64,000 nt of DNA. Source: Candidatus Latescibacterota bacterium (GTDB lineage: Bacteria; Latescibacterota; UBA2968). The position numbers were made by a program, and so were the translations under genes. Below the pieces are notes generated by a model that searched no databases, was not told the DNA's origin, and worked only from the letters and a program-made list of their open reading frames with translations. The stretch is from assembly GCA_965208125.1 (NCBI GenBank), contig OZ242320.1:5344001-5408000 (forward strand), given 5' to 3'. The number at the start of each line of letters is the position of its first letter. The first letter of the stretch is position 1. This document shows, in pieces, positions 18,738 to 28,782 of this stretch.

Positions 18738-20687
18738 TCAATACAAATGAATCCAGTGACCCCGCCCCATAAACCACAGTACATCCACGGCAAACGACAC
18801 CCCTATCCCCAGTGAATATCCCGAAAGCAGACCTGTAAACAGCGGACGATACTGCCGATAAAGCGTCACACCACCAATTTTCACAATCAAAAACTTACAC
18901 GCCCAGGCAATAAAAATAGACCACGTCGATTTCGTGGCACGGCCACTCCCGCCCACGGCAAACCCAATCGGATGCAACGGCCACCAGGGCAAGCGGTAGC
19001 GCAACACCGTCAACAGCGTCATGCCCACCACACCAACCCCAAAAAACATCAGACGAGAAGATGCTGGTCCCTGAGGGCTTTGCATCATATTTACCGCCCG
19101 CGCAAACACGCTATCGCGGCCATAGCGAAATGGAAACCCTCCAAAATTATACGCGCCCTGTTCATAGCCCCAGCCCAGGCTCAAATAAATACACAGAGGA
19201 ATACCCACCAGCAGTGCCAGCCCCATGCTCTTGCCCAGTCGCCTCTGATCGGTACCGGCCAGATCACCCATCTTCGCACTATTGGCCAGAGACGACATAA
19301 ACAGGCCCTTGCCGTGAAAAAATAGCCCCTCTGTAAATGCCAGCGTTGTAATCGTCCCCCCCGCCATAGACACCGACCCCAAACAATTGGTCACCAATGT
19401 CTGCGGACTTACCCCCCATGCCAGATAGAGCAAACCACTCTCACACACCACCTTTGCCAGTCCCAAACACACTCCGTAGAGCGCGAGCAAAAACAGAACG
19501 CCGATGTACCACTCGATCCCTGCCATACACAGCCATAGCAAACAAAATCCCGATCCCAGAATCACGCCCACTACAGCCGTGCGATAAGACAACATTTCAC
19601 CCGAATCATCCACCCCGTACTTTGTATTGATCGCTTTTCTCACCACATCCCGCAGATGATGCCGCGCCGTCCACAATGCCCACCAGACCAGCGCAAACAA
19701 CGCCCCCAGATTTTCCCAGGCACTCGCCGCACCTGTACCCGGACCCAAATCCAGACCAATGCGATTGAAAATCCCATTCTGCGCCCAGTAAATTAGATAA
19801 AAAAACCAGAGACTAAACAACACATCCAGATTGGCAAAATAACCAAATCCGATAATGTACAAATTGACCCTGTTGGTCATCGCGGGGAACCCGTCGATAA
19901 ATACCAGATCTTTGCGCCCAAAAAAGTTGATACGGGGCCAGGCATCCCAGAAATACCATACAAAATTCCATGCCAAAAGCCCAAATCCAACAACAAACCC
20001 GACCCAGAACAGCTTATTGCGCATCAGCCCAGACCATATCCCCTCATCTCCTTCAATCAGATCGGACACCGGTGAAATCAGGGGATAAACCAGACGCTCA
20101 CTTTCCACCCATTGTTTTCTCAGCATCACCGCCATACACAGCAGCACAAAAGTCAGCACACCGATCAGACACATCCACCAGAATAACGGCATAATCCAGA
20201 CCGACCAGGGCACTGAGCCTGAGGGTAGCCCCTCAAAAAACCCCTGCATTGCGCCGCGCTCATTCAAAGGCGCCAACCACGAAGGGATAGTCGGATGCAA
20301 CAGGGCTTCCCATTGATTCTCTGGCGAGGCAAAATAATAAGGCGCAGCCAGCACACCGAGGAAAAATCCCAAAAGACCGCTACCGGGGATATGCGCCCCA
20401 ATCAATCCCATCGCGGCAACAGTCAAAAGCTCTGAACGCGAGAGCATATACCCTGGATAAATCCATTTCAAAAGCGGGTTCAAACCCAGCACCACAACCA
20501 CAAACCACATAAAAAAACCCACCGGGAAGTGACTCACGTTCATAGAAGACGACCGCGCCACTGGCTCGGAAAATGTAATCACCGCGACTTCGGCACAGAC
20601 CAGCACCAGGCCCAGCAACACAGCGCGAGCGGTCACGCCCCGGCCGGCAGACTGAATCGCAACAGATGTATCAAAAGCCAGACTCAT
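18738..20687 (-). CDS. DUF6785/DUF6784-like polytopic membrane protein, copy 2
   Basis: KQWVESERLVYPL and RLPWWPLHPIG motifs; paralog of 9150-11096. Confidence 0.7.
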   Translation of the reverse strand: MSLAFDTSVAIQSAGRGVTARAVLLGLVLVCAEVAVITFSEPVARSSSMNVSHFPVGFFMWFVVVVLGLNPLLKWIYPGYMLSRSELLTVAAMGLIGAHIPGSGLLGFFLGVLAAPYYFASPENQWEALLHPTIPSWLAPLNERGAMQGFFEGLPSGSVPWSVWIMPLFWWMCLIGVLTFVLLCMAVMLRKQWVESERLVYPLISPVSDLIEGDEGIWSGLMRNKLFWVGFVVGFGLLAWNFVWYFWDAWPRINFFGRKDLVFIDGFPAMTNRVNLYIIGFGYFANLDVLFSLWFFYLIYWAQNGIFNRIGLDLGPGTGAASAWENLGALFALVWWALWTARHHLRDVVRKAINTKYGVDDSGEMLSYRTAVVGVILGSGFCLLWLCMAGIEWYIGVLFLLALYGVCLGLAKVVCESGLLYLAWGVSPQTLVTNCLGSVSMAGGTITTLAFTEGLFFHGKGLFMSSLANSAKMGDLAGTDQRRLGKSMGLALLVGIPLCIYLSLGWGYEQGAYNFGGFPFRYGRDSVFARAVNMMQSPQGPASSRLMFFGVGVVGMTLLTVLRYRLPWWPLHPIGFAVGGSGRATKSTWSIFIAWACKFLIVKIGGVTLYRQYRPLFTGLLSGYSLGIGVSFAVDVLWFMGRGHWIHLY

Positions 20688-21598
20688 TACTCTTTCTCCA
20701 GCTTATCCAGTTTTCGGCTGAAAATCACCTCTATATGTGCTTTGATATCTTCAATCGGTTTTGACGTACCGGCCAAGCGCACCTGTGGCCAGCCCAGGGC
20801 AATCTTCATATTGTGGGAAAGCACAAGCCCGCGGTCAATATCGATCTCCCAATCAGCATTTCCCGAACCCTTGCCGTCAATTACCAGCGAAATCACTGCA
20901 ATGTACAACCAGGTTCGATAATGCACCTCGCGCTCCTCTTCAATCTCCACCACCCGATACCCCTTTTGCTCTTTGACCTTCTTCAACTTATAGGTACTGG
21001 TAAACTGCACGAGCGATGGCTCAAACCCCGCATCGAAATCGTAAAACGGCACCTCAATGCGCTGTTCGCCCTCCCAGGTATCCCCGATCGATACCGCCTG
21101 ATCGGGCAGCACTGGCGCGAGACCGGGCATCCAGATCTGGCGCAACTCTGTAATCATATCCTTGCGTTGCCGGGCCTTAAAAGCCGAAAAATCGGGATCA
21201 AACTCGACCACCTGCCCCCCGGGCGCAATCCTCCAGACAAATGAAAGATCGTTCAACAAATCCAGAGTATAGGGGAATTGCTCATAGGTCAACCGTTCAT
21301 CCGACACCATGGCCTGACTGCCGGCCTTATCTACTTTAGCCATCACTTTCGCGCTATCCCCCCCTTCGACCACCATTTCGCGGCTTCGCCATTCCCCGTA
21401 ACTCTGTATAGTAAACGAGCCTTCTCTCAAAATTATCTCGGCCTTATCGCTAAAATAATCCAGGCGATACTTGTTTTTATAGCGCACCGTCCGCCCTTCG
21501 GGATACTGCAACTTCACTACCACCTGATCTGTGGCGCAGACCTCCCCTCCCACCACTATAATCCCCATCGCACACAGAATCCATCTCAAAACTTTCAC
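20687..21598 (-). CDS. Exported hypothetical protein (beta-rich)
   Basis: GTG start with AGGAGG RBS, signal peptide, LPDQAVSIGDTW motif. Overlaps the next gene by 1 nt. Confidence 0.65.
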   Translation of the reverse strand: MKVLRWILCAMGIIVVGGEVCATDQVVVKLQYPEGRTVRYKNKYRLDYFSDKAEIILREGSFTIQSYGEWRSREMVVEGGDSAKVMAKVDKAGSQAMVSDERLTYEQFPYTLDLLNDLSFVWRIAPGGQVVEFDPDFSAFKARQRKDMITELRQIWMPGLAPVLPDQAVSIGDTWEGEQRIEVPFYDFDAGFEPSLVQFTSTYKLKKVKEQKGYRVVEIEEEREVHYRTWLYIAVISLVIDGKGSGNADWEIDIDRGLVLSHNMKIALGWPQVRLAGTSKPIEDIKAHIEVIFSRKLDKLEKE

Positions 21599-21644
21599 AG
21601 CGTCCTCCTTTCTGATGCCACCCCACCTCCTCTACCTCCTCTGC

Positions 21645-22529
21645 CTATTTTTTCAAAAAAGTCTCAGGCCATTTCGGCTCGTAATCGCTCTCAAACAGCC
21701 AGTCGAAATTCTCGGGCACAATATGAGCGCGATCAGGACGCAACTTCTCTCGTAGCCGCGGGAAAAACGACATCACCCCATCGCGCTGGCTCTTCGGCAA
21801 CCCGCAGGGCACGCCCGTAGCGACCCATGCCGTTAGCATCGCCTTGCGGGGCACCGTATCCTCGTTCTGCCATGCAGAATGCAATCCCCCGCTGCACAAA
21901 ATCAAAATCTGCCCTCGACGCGCAACAGCCGGAACCGGCTCCTGTTCCAGCCAGGGCGTATCAACCAGTTCGGGCACATGCTCAGGATAAGCTGGCGCAG
22001 TATCCGGCGGCTCGGGACGCAACCCGTGGACGCGGGGCAACATCGCCTTGTGCTCTGGCGTCAAAATCCGGCTCCAGTGTTCCATAATCGGGCGATGACT
22101 ACCCGGCAAAATGCGCATAGCCCCCCGATGCTCGGGCACGTCATTGACCCAGAACCACAACTCAGCGCGCATCCGTCGGGGCGTCGCCTGAAAATCTTCC
22201 CAGGTCGCCTGGATATCGACGTGGCATCCATTCCCCCATTGCTCGCGGACGCTCGCAAAAGGTGCGCTGCTCGGTGCGCGCTCATGGGGTGACAATCCCC
22301 ACCACAGATGTACAGAATCGGCCCGCAATACCTTCTTGGCGACCTCCTCCAAATAGGGATGCTGGACAACATCGACATAATCCGGCTCTTCATAAGGCGG
22401 ACGCCCGCTCGCCTTCAACCTGTCCCATGCCGCTTCGGCGCAGTCCAACTCCTCGGTCGTGAAAGGGCTATCGATCGTAACGGCCCCCTCCTCATCGTAT
22501 TGCCTCATTTGTGCATCGGTAAATAACAT
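21645..22529 (-). CDS. Phytanoyl-CoA dioxygenase (PhyH)-family Fe/2OG oxygenase
   Basis: ATG 22529 with GGAGG RBS; HVD...ILPGSH...LHSAWQN...R motifs. Confidence 0.8.
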   Translation of the reverse strand: MLFTDAQMRQYDEEGAVTIDSPFTTEELDCAEAAWDRLKASGRPPYEEPDYVDVVQHPYLEEVAKKVLRADSVHLWWGLSPHERAPSSAPFASVREQWGNGCHVDIQATWEDFQATPRRMRAELWFWVNDVPEHRGAMRILPGSHRPIMEHWSRILTPEHKAMLPRVHGLRPEPPDTAPAYPEHVPELVDTPWLEQEPVPAVARRGQILILCSGGLHSAWQNEDTVPRKAMLTAWVATGVPCGLPKSQRDGVMSFFPRLREKLRPDRAHIVPENFDWLFESDYEPKWPETFLKK

Positions 22530-22732
22530 AGTTCCTCCCTCACTTGAATCAGACCATCCATATCTAAATGAACCAATCCCTTGCATAGTTTATCGTCTCT
22601 CGATCCAAAATTCAAGCCAAATACCACAAGCTATGCCTTGTGTGAGACAAACTGATAGCCTATATTTCTTTTATACATATCCAGAACCCAGATCTTACCT
22701 GTACACTATCGTCTCGTATGCGGAGGCTCATC

Positions 22733-25174
22733 ATGCCTGTTCTGCGACAAATAGCCATTGCACTTGGTCTCATCCTCTGCCTTGTCCAGATCGTGCCCGC
22801 CAATCAAAATGCCGTGCGCGATTCTCTCATCGCCCTTGGAAAAGCTCAGTATCAGGTAAAAGAAGATAAAAAGGCAATGGAGCACTTAAAGGCTGCTCTC
22901 GAACAGGACCCAGAGGGAATTGAAACCCTGATAGCTGTGGGAAATGCCTATTTCGACATCGGACAACTGGAACACGCCATGCGGGCCTATAAAGACGCCA
23001 TGGAAATCAACGCAGCCTCTGCTCCGGCCCAAATGGGTATAGCACGCATACACTATCGGCGTGCCGCAGGTGGCTTTCTCGCCGTACGCAATGCCCGCAA
23101 AGCCGTCTCCGAAGCTCGCCGCGCTACCCGCATGGACCCCAATTATGCGCCGGCCTATATCCTTTTGGGCAAAAGCTACGAGCGCCTGAACGAAAATTAC
23201 GCTGCCGCCTTAAGAGCCTACGCCCGCGCCCTGAAACTCCGGCCCTACGATGGTGAAACTGCCCGTCTGTTTGGCATAGCTTATATTGAGCATCGCCGCA
23301 GGACGCAAGGAGACCGGACAAATCCGAAATACTTCCTCGACGAAACGACGCTCAAAAACCTCGAAACTCATCTCGAAGACCACGCCTTTCTCCACATCGC
23401 CGCCCAAATTTACTTTGATCAGGGAGAAGCGCAGCAAGCCCTTGAAACTTTCGAGCGCTATATCGATGCCCTGCCCGAGCAAGAGCAAGCCTATTACCGC
23501 GACATCAGTGCAATAGGAACCAAACGGGAAATCGAAGCTTATGAACAAACATCCGACACCGAGAAATCCGAATTCTTGAAACAATTCTGGACCCGACGCG
23601 ACCTCGATCTCTTGACAGAAGTCAACGAAAGGCTTTTTGAACACTACCGCCGGGTCTGGTATGCACTACAGCACTTTGGCCTGGGGAAAAAGCCCTGGGA
23701 TGTTCGCGGAGATATTTACATCCGCTATGGCGATCCAGACCACCGGGCGCGCTCAGGCCAGGCAGCCCCCCAGATGACCGCAGCTGTCGAACAGGTCAAA
23801 GAACGCCTTGCCCTTGTACTTTACGGTCCGGAATCCATCGATGAAACCTTTATCGGCCCTGTCTATCCAGTGCGAAGCAACCAATCCTTTATGGGCGCCC
23901 TCGACCCATCCGCCATTCAGCGCGTTGATGAAGGCGGCAATCTGCTCGGCGATAATATCATCCTCGACGAAGCCGACGAAGCTGTTGAAGATGCCAGCGA
24001 GGCCGGCAGTGCCCAGCAGGACGCCCTCGAAAATTTCCACCAGCGCCAGACGCGCCCTGACAATATCCACCATTTCCGCCCCGTCACCACCAGTGGCGAC
24101 ATGACCATTGTCCCGTGGGAATCCTGGGTTTATACCAACGTGGGAGAAGGCATCGAGATCACATTTACAGATGAACACAGCAATGGCGTTTACGACTATG
24201 CGCCCATCCCTGACTTCCCCGAACAAGACGGCTCTGTTGGCCTGCATCGGTATTCCCAGTTTGCCTATTTCTCACCCCATACAGCGGCCATCCGCGCCGT
24301 TATGGAAATCCCCGATTTCTACAGACCCGGAGGTCCAATGTCGGGCCTGGGATTCTCCTACGACTTTGCCGACTTCCGAGGCTCAGACGGAAAAACGACC
24401 ATTGAAGTCTATTACGGCATTGATCCCGTGGAAATGGGCACCTTTGCATCGGGTGATACCAGTACCATCCTGGCCGATTGCGCCATTGTTCTGACCGACA
24501 CATCTTACACGCAAATATACCGCACACAAGACCTGCTCGGTTACAGAGCACTCGGACACAGAAAGTGGCCTGAAGGAGCATTCATCCCCAACATCCTTTC
24601 CGTAGATATTCCCCCTGGAGAATATCTGCTCACTGTTCAACTCAACGACCGGGCCTCAGAACGCAAGGGTATCTACCGACACCGCATCCAGGTAGAATCC
24701 TATGACGATCAAAATCTGTACCTCAGCGACATTCAATTAGGCTATTACATCTCTGACACAGGTGGAGACGAAAAATTTAAAAAAGGAGACATCTACGTAA
24801 TTCCCATGACCACCCGGGCCTATCGCGAAGACCAGAGTGCCTACATGTATTACGAAGTCTATAACCTGACCCCAAACACCTTTGGGGAGACCCGCTATCG
24901 CATCACCTATACCATCGGCTCTGAAAATCCCAAACGTCCCTTTAACCTCCTGCGCAGCAGTGTTGGTACTCTAACCAGATTATTTGCACGCGAGGAAAAG
25001 ACTCAGGTAAAGGTCAGCGTTGATCAGGTCGGCAACGAACACAACACGGCTGGCTATCTCGAACTCAGTTTAAAAAAAGTCAAGCCCGGATACAATCGTC
25101 TCACCGTCACCATAGAAGATCTCACCAGCAAGCAAATCGCAGCTAAGGAAATTTTATTTCGGTACAAAAAATAA
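22733..25174 (+). CDS. TPR + GWxTD-domain protein
   Basis: ATG 22733 after GGAGG. Signal peptide, TPRs, FLKQFWTRRD...EHYRRVWYA...PWDVRGDIYIRYGDPD, and a C-terminal LYLSDIQL...YYEVYNL beta domain. Confidence 0.85.
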   Translation: MPVLRQIAIALGLILCLVQIVPANQNAVRDSLIALGKAQYQVKEDKKAMEHLKAALEQDPEGIETLIAVGNAYFDIGQLEHAMRAYKDAMEINAASAPAQMGIARIHYRRAAGGFLAVRNARKAVSEARRATRMDPNYAPAYILLGKSYERLNENYAAALRAYARALKLRPYDGETARLFGIAYIEHRRRTQGDRTNPKYFLDETTLKNLETHLEDHAFLHIAAQIYFDQGEAQQALETFERYIDALPEQEQAYYRDISAIGTKREIEAYEQTSDTEKSEFLKQFWTRRDLDLLTEVNERLFEHYRRVWYALQHFGLGKKPWDVRGDIYIRYGDPDHRARSGQAAPQMTAAVEQVKERLALVLYGPESIDETFIGPVYPVRSNQSFMGALDPSAIQRVDEGGNLLGDNIILDEADEAVEDASEAGSAQQDALENFHQRQTRPDNIHHFRPVTTSGDMTIVPWESWVYTNVGEGIEITFTDEHSNGVYDYAPIPDFPEQDGSVGLHRYSQFAYFSPHTAAIRAVMEIPDFYRPGGPMSGLGFSYDFADFRGSDGKTTIEVYYGIDPVEMGTFASGDTSTILADCAIVLTDTSYTQIYRTQDLLGYRALGHRKWPEGAFIPNILSVDIPPGEYLLTVQLNDRASERKGIYRHRIQVESYDDQNLYLSDIQLGYYISDTGGDEKFKKGDIYVIPMTTRAYREDQSAYMYYEVYNLTPNTFGETRYRITYTIGSENPKRPFNLLRSSVGTLTRLFAREEKTQVKVSVDQVGNEHNTAGYLELSLKKVKPGYNRLTVTIEDLTSKQIAAKEILFRYKK

Positions 25175-25198
25175 AATCGCCTACTTTGCTCCCAACAG

Positions 25199-25236
25199 AA
25201 AAGGCGATCAGACTTCCGTCCGATCGCCTTTTTTTT
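25199..25236. terminator. Bidirectional intrinsic terminator between convergent GWxTD and PorV-like genes
   Basis: AAAAGGCGATC-agacttccgtcc-GATCGCCTTTTTTTT hairpin flanked by A and T tracts. Confidence 0.8.
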
Positions 25237-25252
25237 CTGGCTATAAACAATA

Positions 25253-26197
25253 TTATAGCTTAAAACCAATGGTAAAGCGCAACGGTGTATTCAGATCGTT
25301 TTTGCTTTGCTGCCAGGCAAAATCGGCCGTCATATTGCGCTTTCCAAAAGGAATTTTCAGCCCGGCACCAGCGGTAAAATCCGTGCCGTCGTAATTGGCC
25401 ATATAGCCAGCGCGCAGAGCCAGCATATTCGCCAGCCATGCTTCGCCGCCAAAGTGATGGCGCTCTTCGTAGTTGATCGCAAAACTCAACTCGTAGGCCG
25501 CCGTCACGTAGAAAGGATCGCCCTTGATACCTACAACTTCAGCGGCACCTCCGATGTTGAACGTCAGCGGCTGCTGAAACTCACGACGCAGCACTTCCGT
25601 ATCCTTCCCAAAATTCCGCATCGACATCGACAGCCGAAAACTGCGGAACCCGGTGTAGAACCGCGTACCGAAATCCACGTTGAACGTTGTGTGATTGGTC
25701 AGATCCAGATCCTCACGCGCCCAACCGATACGCACGCCAAACGACAGCTTATCCGTAAACCGAATGGCGTAAGCTCCGGCAATGGCTGTCGTGCCCAGGC
25801 TCAATATACGTCCTGTGCCTCCGGGCTGCAAAATCGTGCGTTCCTCCACCTCATCGGGCATAAAGCTCAACAAGCTCACCCCAAAGGCGTGTATCCCCTT
25901 GCGAACTCCAATTGCCCCGGAGTTGAACGTCGAGTTTACAAACCACTGAGAATGGCTGAACGACACCTCTACACGGTCCAAACTCGACAAGCCTGCCGGA
26001 TTCCACCAGATGGCGTTGATATCATCTCCAACCGGTGTAAACGCACTGCCCATCCCGACCGCACGAGCACTCTGCCCCACTTCCAGGGCCGAAAAAATCG
26101 TCAGACCAATTCTCTTAACCGTCCCACTAGCTCCCGCGGGTCCGGCCCAGGCCAGGATTGCCAGCAGGATCCATCCGACGATAAGTTTTTTATACAT
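25253..26197 (-). CDS. PorV/PorQ-family (UPF0164) outer-membrane beta-barrel
   Basis: Signal peptide, SARAVGMGSAF...AIWWNPAGL motif, C-terminal RFTIGFKL. Confidence 0.85.
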   Translation of the reverse strand: MYKKLIVGWILLAILAWAGPAGASGTVKRIGLTIFSALEVGQSARAVGMGSAFTPVGDDINAIWWNPAGLSSLDRVEVSFSHSQWFVNSTFNSGAIGVRKGIHAFGVSLLSFMPDEVEERTILQPGGTGRILSLGTTAIAGAYAIRFTDKLSFGVRIGWAREDLDLTNHTTFNVDFGTRFYTGFRSFRLSMSMRNFGKDTEVLRREFQQPLTFNIGGAAEVVGIKGDPFYVTAAYELSFAINYEERHHFGGEAWLANMLALRAGYMANYDGTDFTAGAGLKIPFGKRNMTADFAWQQSKNDLNTPLRFTIGFKL

Positions 26198-26245
26198 TAC
26201 AATCTCCTTATAATTAGGCGCACCCCAAAGCGCGCAGCTTCTCGT

Positions 26246-28711
26246 CTATCTGACAGAACCTCCGACAACCACAAAAGTCCCGCGCTGAATTTTGCCCATG
26301 CTCTCGGGCCTCTCTGACTTTACCACAAATAAGTAAACCCCGGCGCTAATCTGCCCGGTCACTTCCCGAGAAAGCTGCAAATAACTGGCCTCGCCCAACT
26401 CGGGATTGTCGTGCTTAAATTCTGCCACGAGATCTCCAGAGACCGAGAAAATTTTCACATGGCACTTGGACGGCAGATTTGTGAACCGGATCTTGTCCGA
26501 TCCTTCGTAGGCATGCGATCCATCCGCCAGGAAGGGGTTGGGGATCACCGCCACGGGCGCTTCTAAAGCATTGGCAACCGGGTTGGCAGCCACCGCAGGG
26601 CTGGTAGGCGTCTTGGAAAACTGGAAAAACTGCTCCACAGCCGACAGACCGCTTTCCAGCGACGGCACCGGGCCGCGGCCCTTAAAATCACTGTGCCCAG
26701 TATCATAAGCCGTTACGGCATAATAATATTCGAATCCAGCTAGAGACTCGGAATCGGTAAATTCGTATGTATTGCCATTCTTATGCCCGGCATCACCCAC
26801 AGGGATGTCTTTTAACAATTGCCAGTTGTCGATGTAGAAATCGCTGCGGTAAACCCGGTATCCAGCCACATCCTTGGCCTCCCCCGTACCTGCATAATCG
26901 GGATCTTCCAGATCATCCAAACTCTCCCAGGAGAGTTTGGCCGTGGCATCGGGCGTGTTTGAAACGGTCAGAACCACATCTGGCGGTGGCAGTGGGATAT
27001 CGAACTCCAGGTCGTAGATTTCCTTGGCCTTTTTGGCGTGCTTGACCAAGTTCTGCATTACCTTGTCCGTGTGCAGATCGTCAAAATTCTGCGGAATATT
27101 CCGCTGCCAACCCCACATATTCTCTTCTACGGCCATTGCAGCCACAAGAGCTGTTACGATCTTGACCTTATCTCCCTTCTTCAGATCATAGGGACCATAA
27201 GTCTGCACAGCCGAATACCAGTTGGGAGACATCGGCGTAGCCACCGTCTCGCCACTTCGAGTCGGATTGTCCTGAGGCGGCAGCGGTGCTGTGGGATTCT
27301 CTGGCCATGGCGTGCGCCCATCATTATTCAAAATACTCGGTCGCTCGCCCGCCAAAGGCACAGAAACCAGTGCCCGGGCAATATCGTCCTCAGTGTGATC
27401 CCCCCGCTCAATAGAAGGGTCGTCCTTGTGGGTAAACCAGGATGCTACAAATGGCTGTTCTGTCACCCGGGGTGCAACATACGTTTCGGTATCGTTGGCA
27501 AACCCATCCGTAGGATCGTAATCAATGGGCAGGAAACCCACGTATTGCCCCGCCATGATCTCACCCCGCACTTGGAAATTTTGCCTTCCCCAGCAGCACT
27601 GGGTCTCTGGAATATGCGAATCTCCCGTATCGTCGCGCGAGGAGACCGGGGAATCGCCATCGAAAGCGTAGTGCATCTTAAGTCCGACAGCATCGGCCAC
27701 ATCCGAATAACTGGGATCGGCCCCCCCGGGATAGTTGGCCGCATCTGTGTAGCGCAGCACATCGTCCTGCACCTCGGGATAGGACTCTGCTTCAGAACGG
27801 CGCAACAGCCAGTAGTAATAACCCCGCGCATTTGTCACGCGATCCCGATTGGCCGTGCCGCCCTCGGTGGGCCAGAGCAGATTCACAAAGGAGAAATACG
27901 TATCGTTCAGAGTCAATCCCGCACCCCCATTCAAATCTGCAATCCCATCCCCGTCACTATCCCCTGTATTCTCAAAAATATTCTCCACAATTACAAAATC
28001 ATCCCAGTCTCGAAAACTCCACTGATATACCTTTTTGGTACCCGTAATCCCCGTCTCGGTAGTCCAGTGTGCAATGCCCAGCACTTCCCCAAACCGCTTG
28101 TGCTCTACCTTCATATATCTGCCGTAATCGGCGTTGTGAATCTCCAGCACCCTGTCGGAGGCAAGCGGAACTTGCCCGGGCCACCAGCTTGCCAGGGGAA
28201 CCTGAGCAATCGGATGGGTGTGTTCAAAACCCACCCCGGCCTTCCCTTCGGGCATATCTTCCACCGGATATCGCACCGGGGTAATATCCGGCGTATGTGT
28301 CAGCGCCGAAATCGAGACATTATACGTATTTCCGCCAGTGGGCGCGAACTCTCCAGGATTGGGCTTCGTAATAATGTACGTGCCCAGATTGCGGGCACCA
28401 GAAGTCCTCAGCAGGTAGTTCTGCACCCACTGGTTAGACCCCGGCCAGGTTCGCCCACCCCAGATACTACCCGAAATGCGGGTGCCCCGTCCCGGATAGG
28501 CGATCCCCTCCATGTTGGCTCGCCGGCTACCGTCTCGATCGGGGCCATGCGTACCCGTGTTCATCAAGCCCGTCCAGAGTTTGGCGCGTCTGAAGTTTCG
28601 GTATTCGATCTTTGGAATGATCTGCGCGGGGACGGTTTCAACAATGAGTACCATCGCAAAGACCGCTGCCACGACCGAATAAGACATCGGTAAAAATTTA
28701 AATTTATGCAT
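26246..28711 (-). CDS. Large exported protein with FN3-like domain and T9SS CTD-like C-terminus
   Basis: Signal peptide, LSW...GYRVYRS...YYYAVTAYD (FN3-like), C-terminal VIPNPF...KIRFTNLP...KIFSVSGDLV...SAGVYLFVV...GTFVVV. Confidence 0.75.
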   Translation of the reverse strand: MHKFKFLPMSYSVVAAVFAMVLIVETVPAQIIPKIEYRNFRRAKLWTGLMNTGTHGPDRDGSRRANMEGIAYPGRGTRISGSIWGGRTWPGSNQWVQNYLLRTSGARNLGTYIITKPNPGEFAPTGGNTYNVSISALTHTPDITPVRYPVEDMPEGKAGVGFEHTHPIAQVPLASWWPGQVPLASDRVLEIHNADYGRYMKVEHKRFGEVLGIAHWTTETGITGTKKVYQWSFRDWDDFVIVENIFENTGDSDGDGIADLNGGAGLTLNDTYFSFVNLLWPTEGGTANRDRVTNARGYYYWLLRRSEAESYPEVQDDVLRYTDAANYPGGADPSYSDVADAVGLKMHYAFDGDSPVSSRDDTGDSHIPETQCCWGRQNFQVRGEIMAGQYVGFLPIDYDPTDGFANDTETYVAPRVTEQPFVASWFTHKDDPSIERGDHTEDDIARALVSVPLAGERPSILNNDGRTPWPENPTAPLPPQDNPTRSGETVATPMSPNWYSAVQTYGPYDLKKGDKVKIVTALVAAMAVEENMWGWQRNIPQNFDDLHTDKVMQNLVKHAKKAKEIYDLEFDIPLPPPDVVLTVSNTPDATAKLSWESLDDLEDPDYAGTGEAKDVAGYRVYRSDFYIDNWQLLKDIPVGDAGHKNGNTYEFTDSESLAGFEYYYAVTAYDTGHSDFKGRGPVPSLESGLSAVEQFFQFSKTPTSPAVAANPVANALEAPVAVIPNPFLADGSHAYEGSDKIRFTNLPSKCHVKIFSVSGDLVAEFKHDNPELGEASYLQLSREVTGQISAGVYLFVVKSERPESMGKIQRGTFVVVGGSVR

Positions 28712-28746
28712 AAATAGCTCTCCCTTTCTATAAAGGGCTTACAAAT

Positions 28747-28768
28747 TGGGGCTGGATATCCAGCCCCA
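28747..28768. repeat. 22-bp perfect palindrome between the TBDR and CTD-protein genes
   Basis: TGGGGCTGGATATCCAGCCCCA is its own reverse complement. No strong U-tract follows. Confidence 0.85.
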
Positions 28769-28782
28769 GAACAGGCGTTCTT

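Noticed and set aside
25307-28693. Long plus-strand ORFs (336 aa, 551 aa) and many similar ORFs elsewhere
   Set aside because: They are antisense shadows of well-supported genes, with no recognisable motifs.
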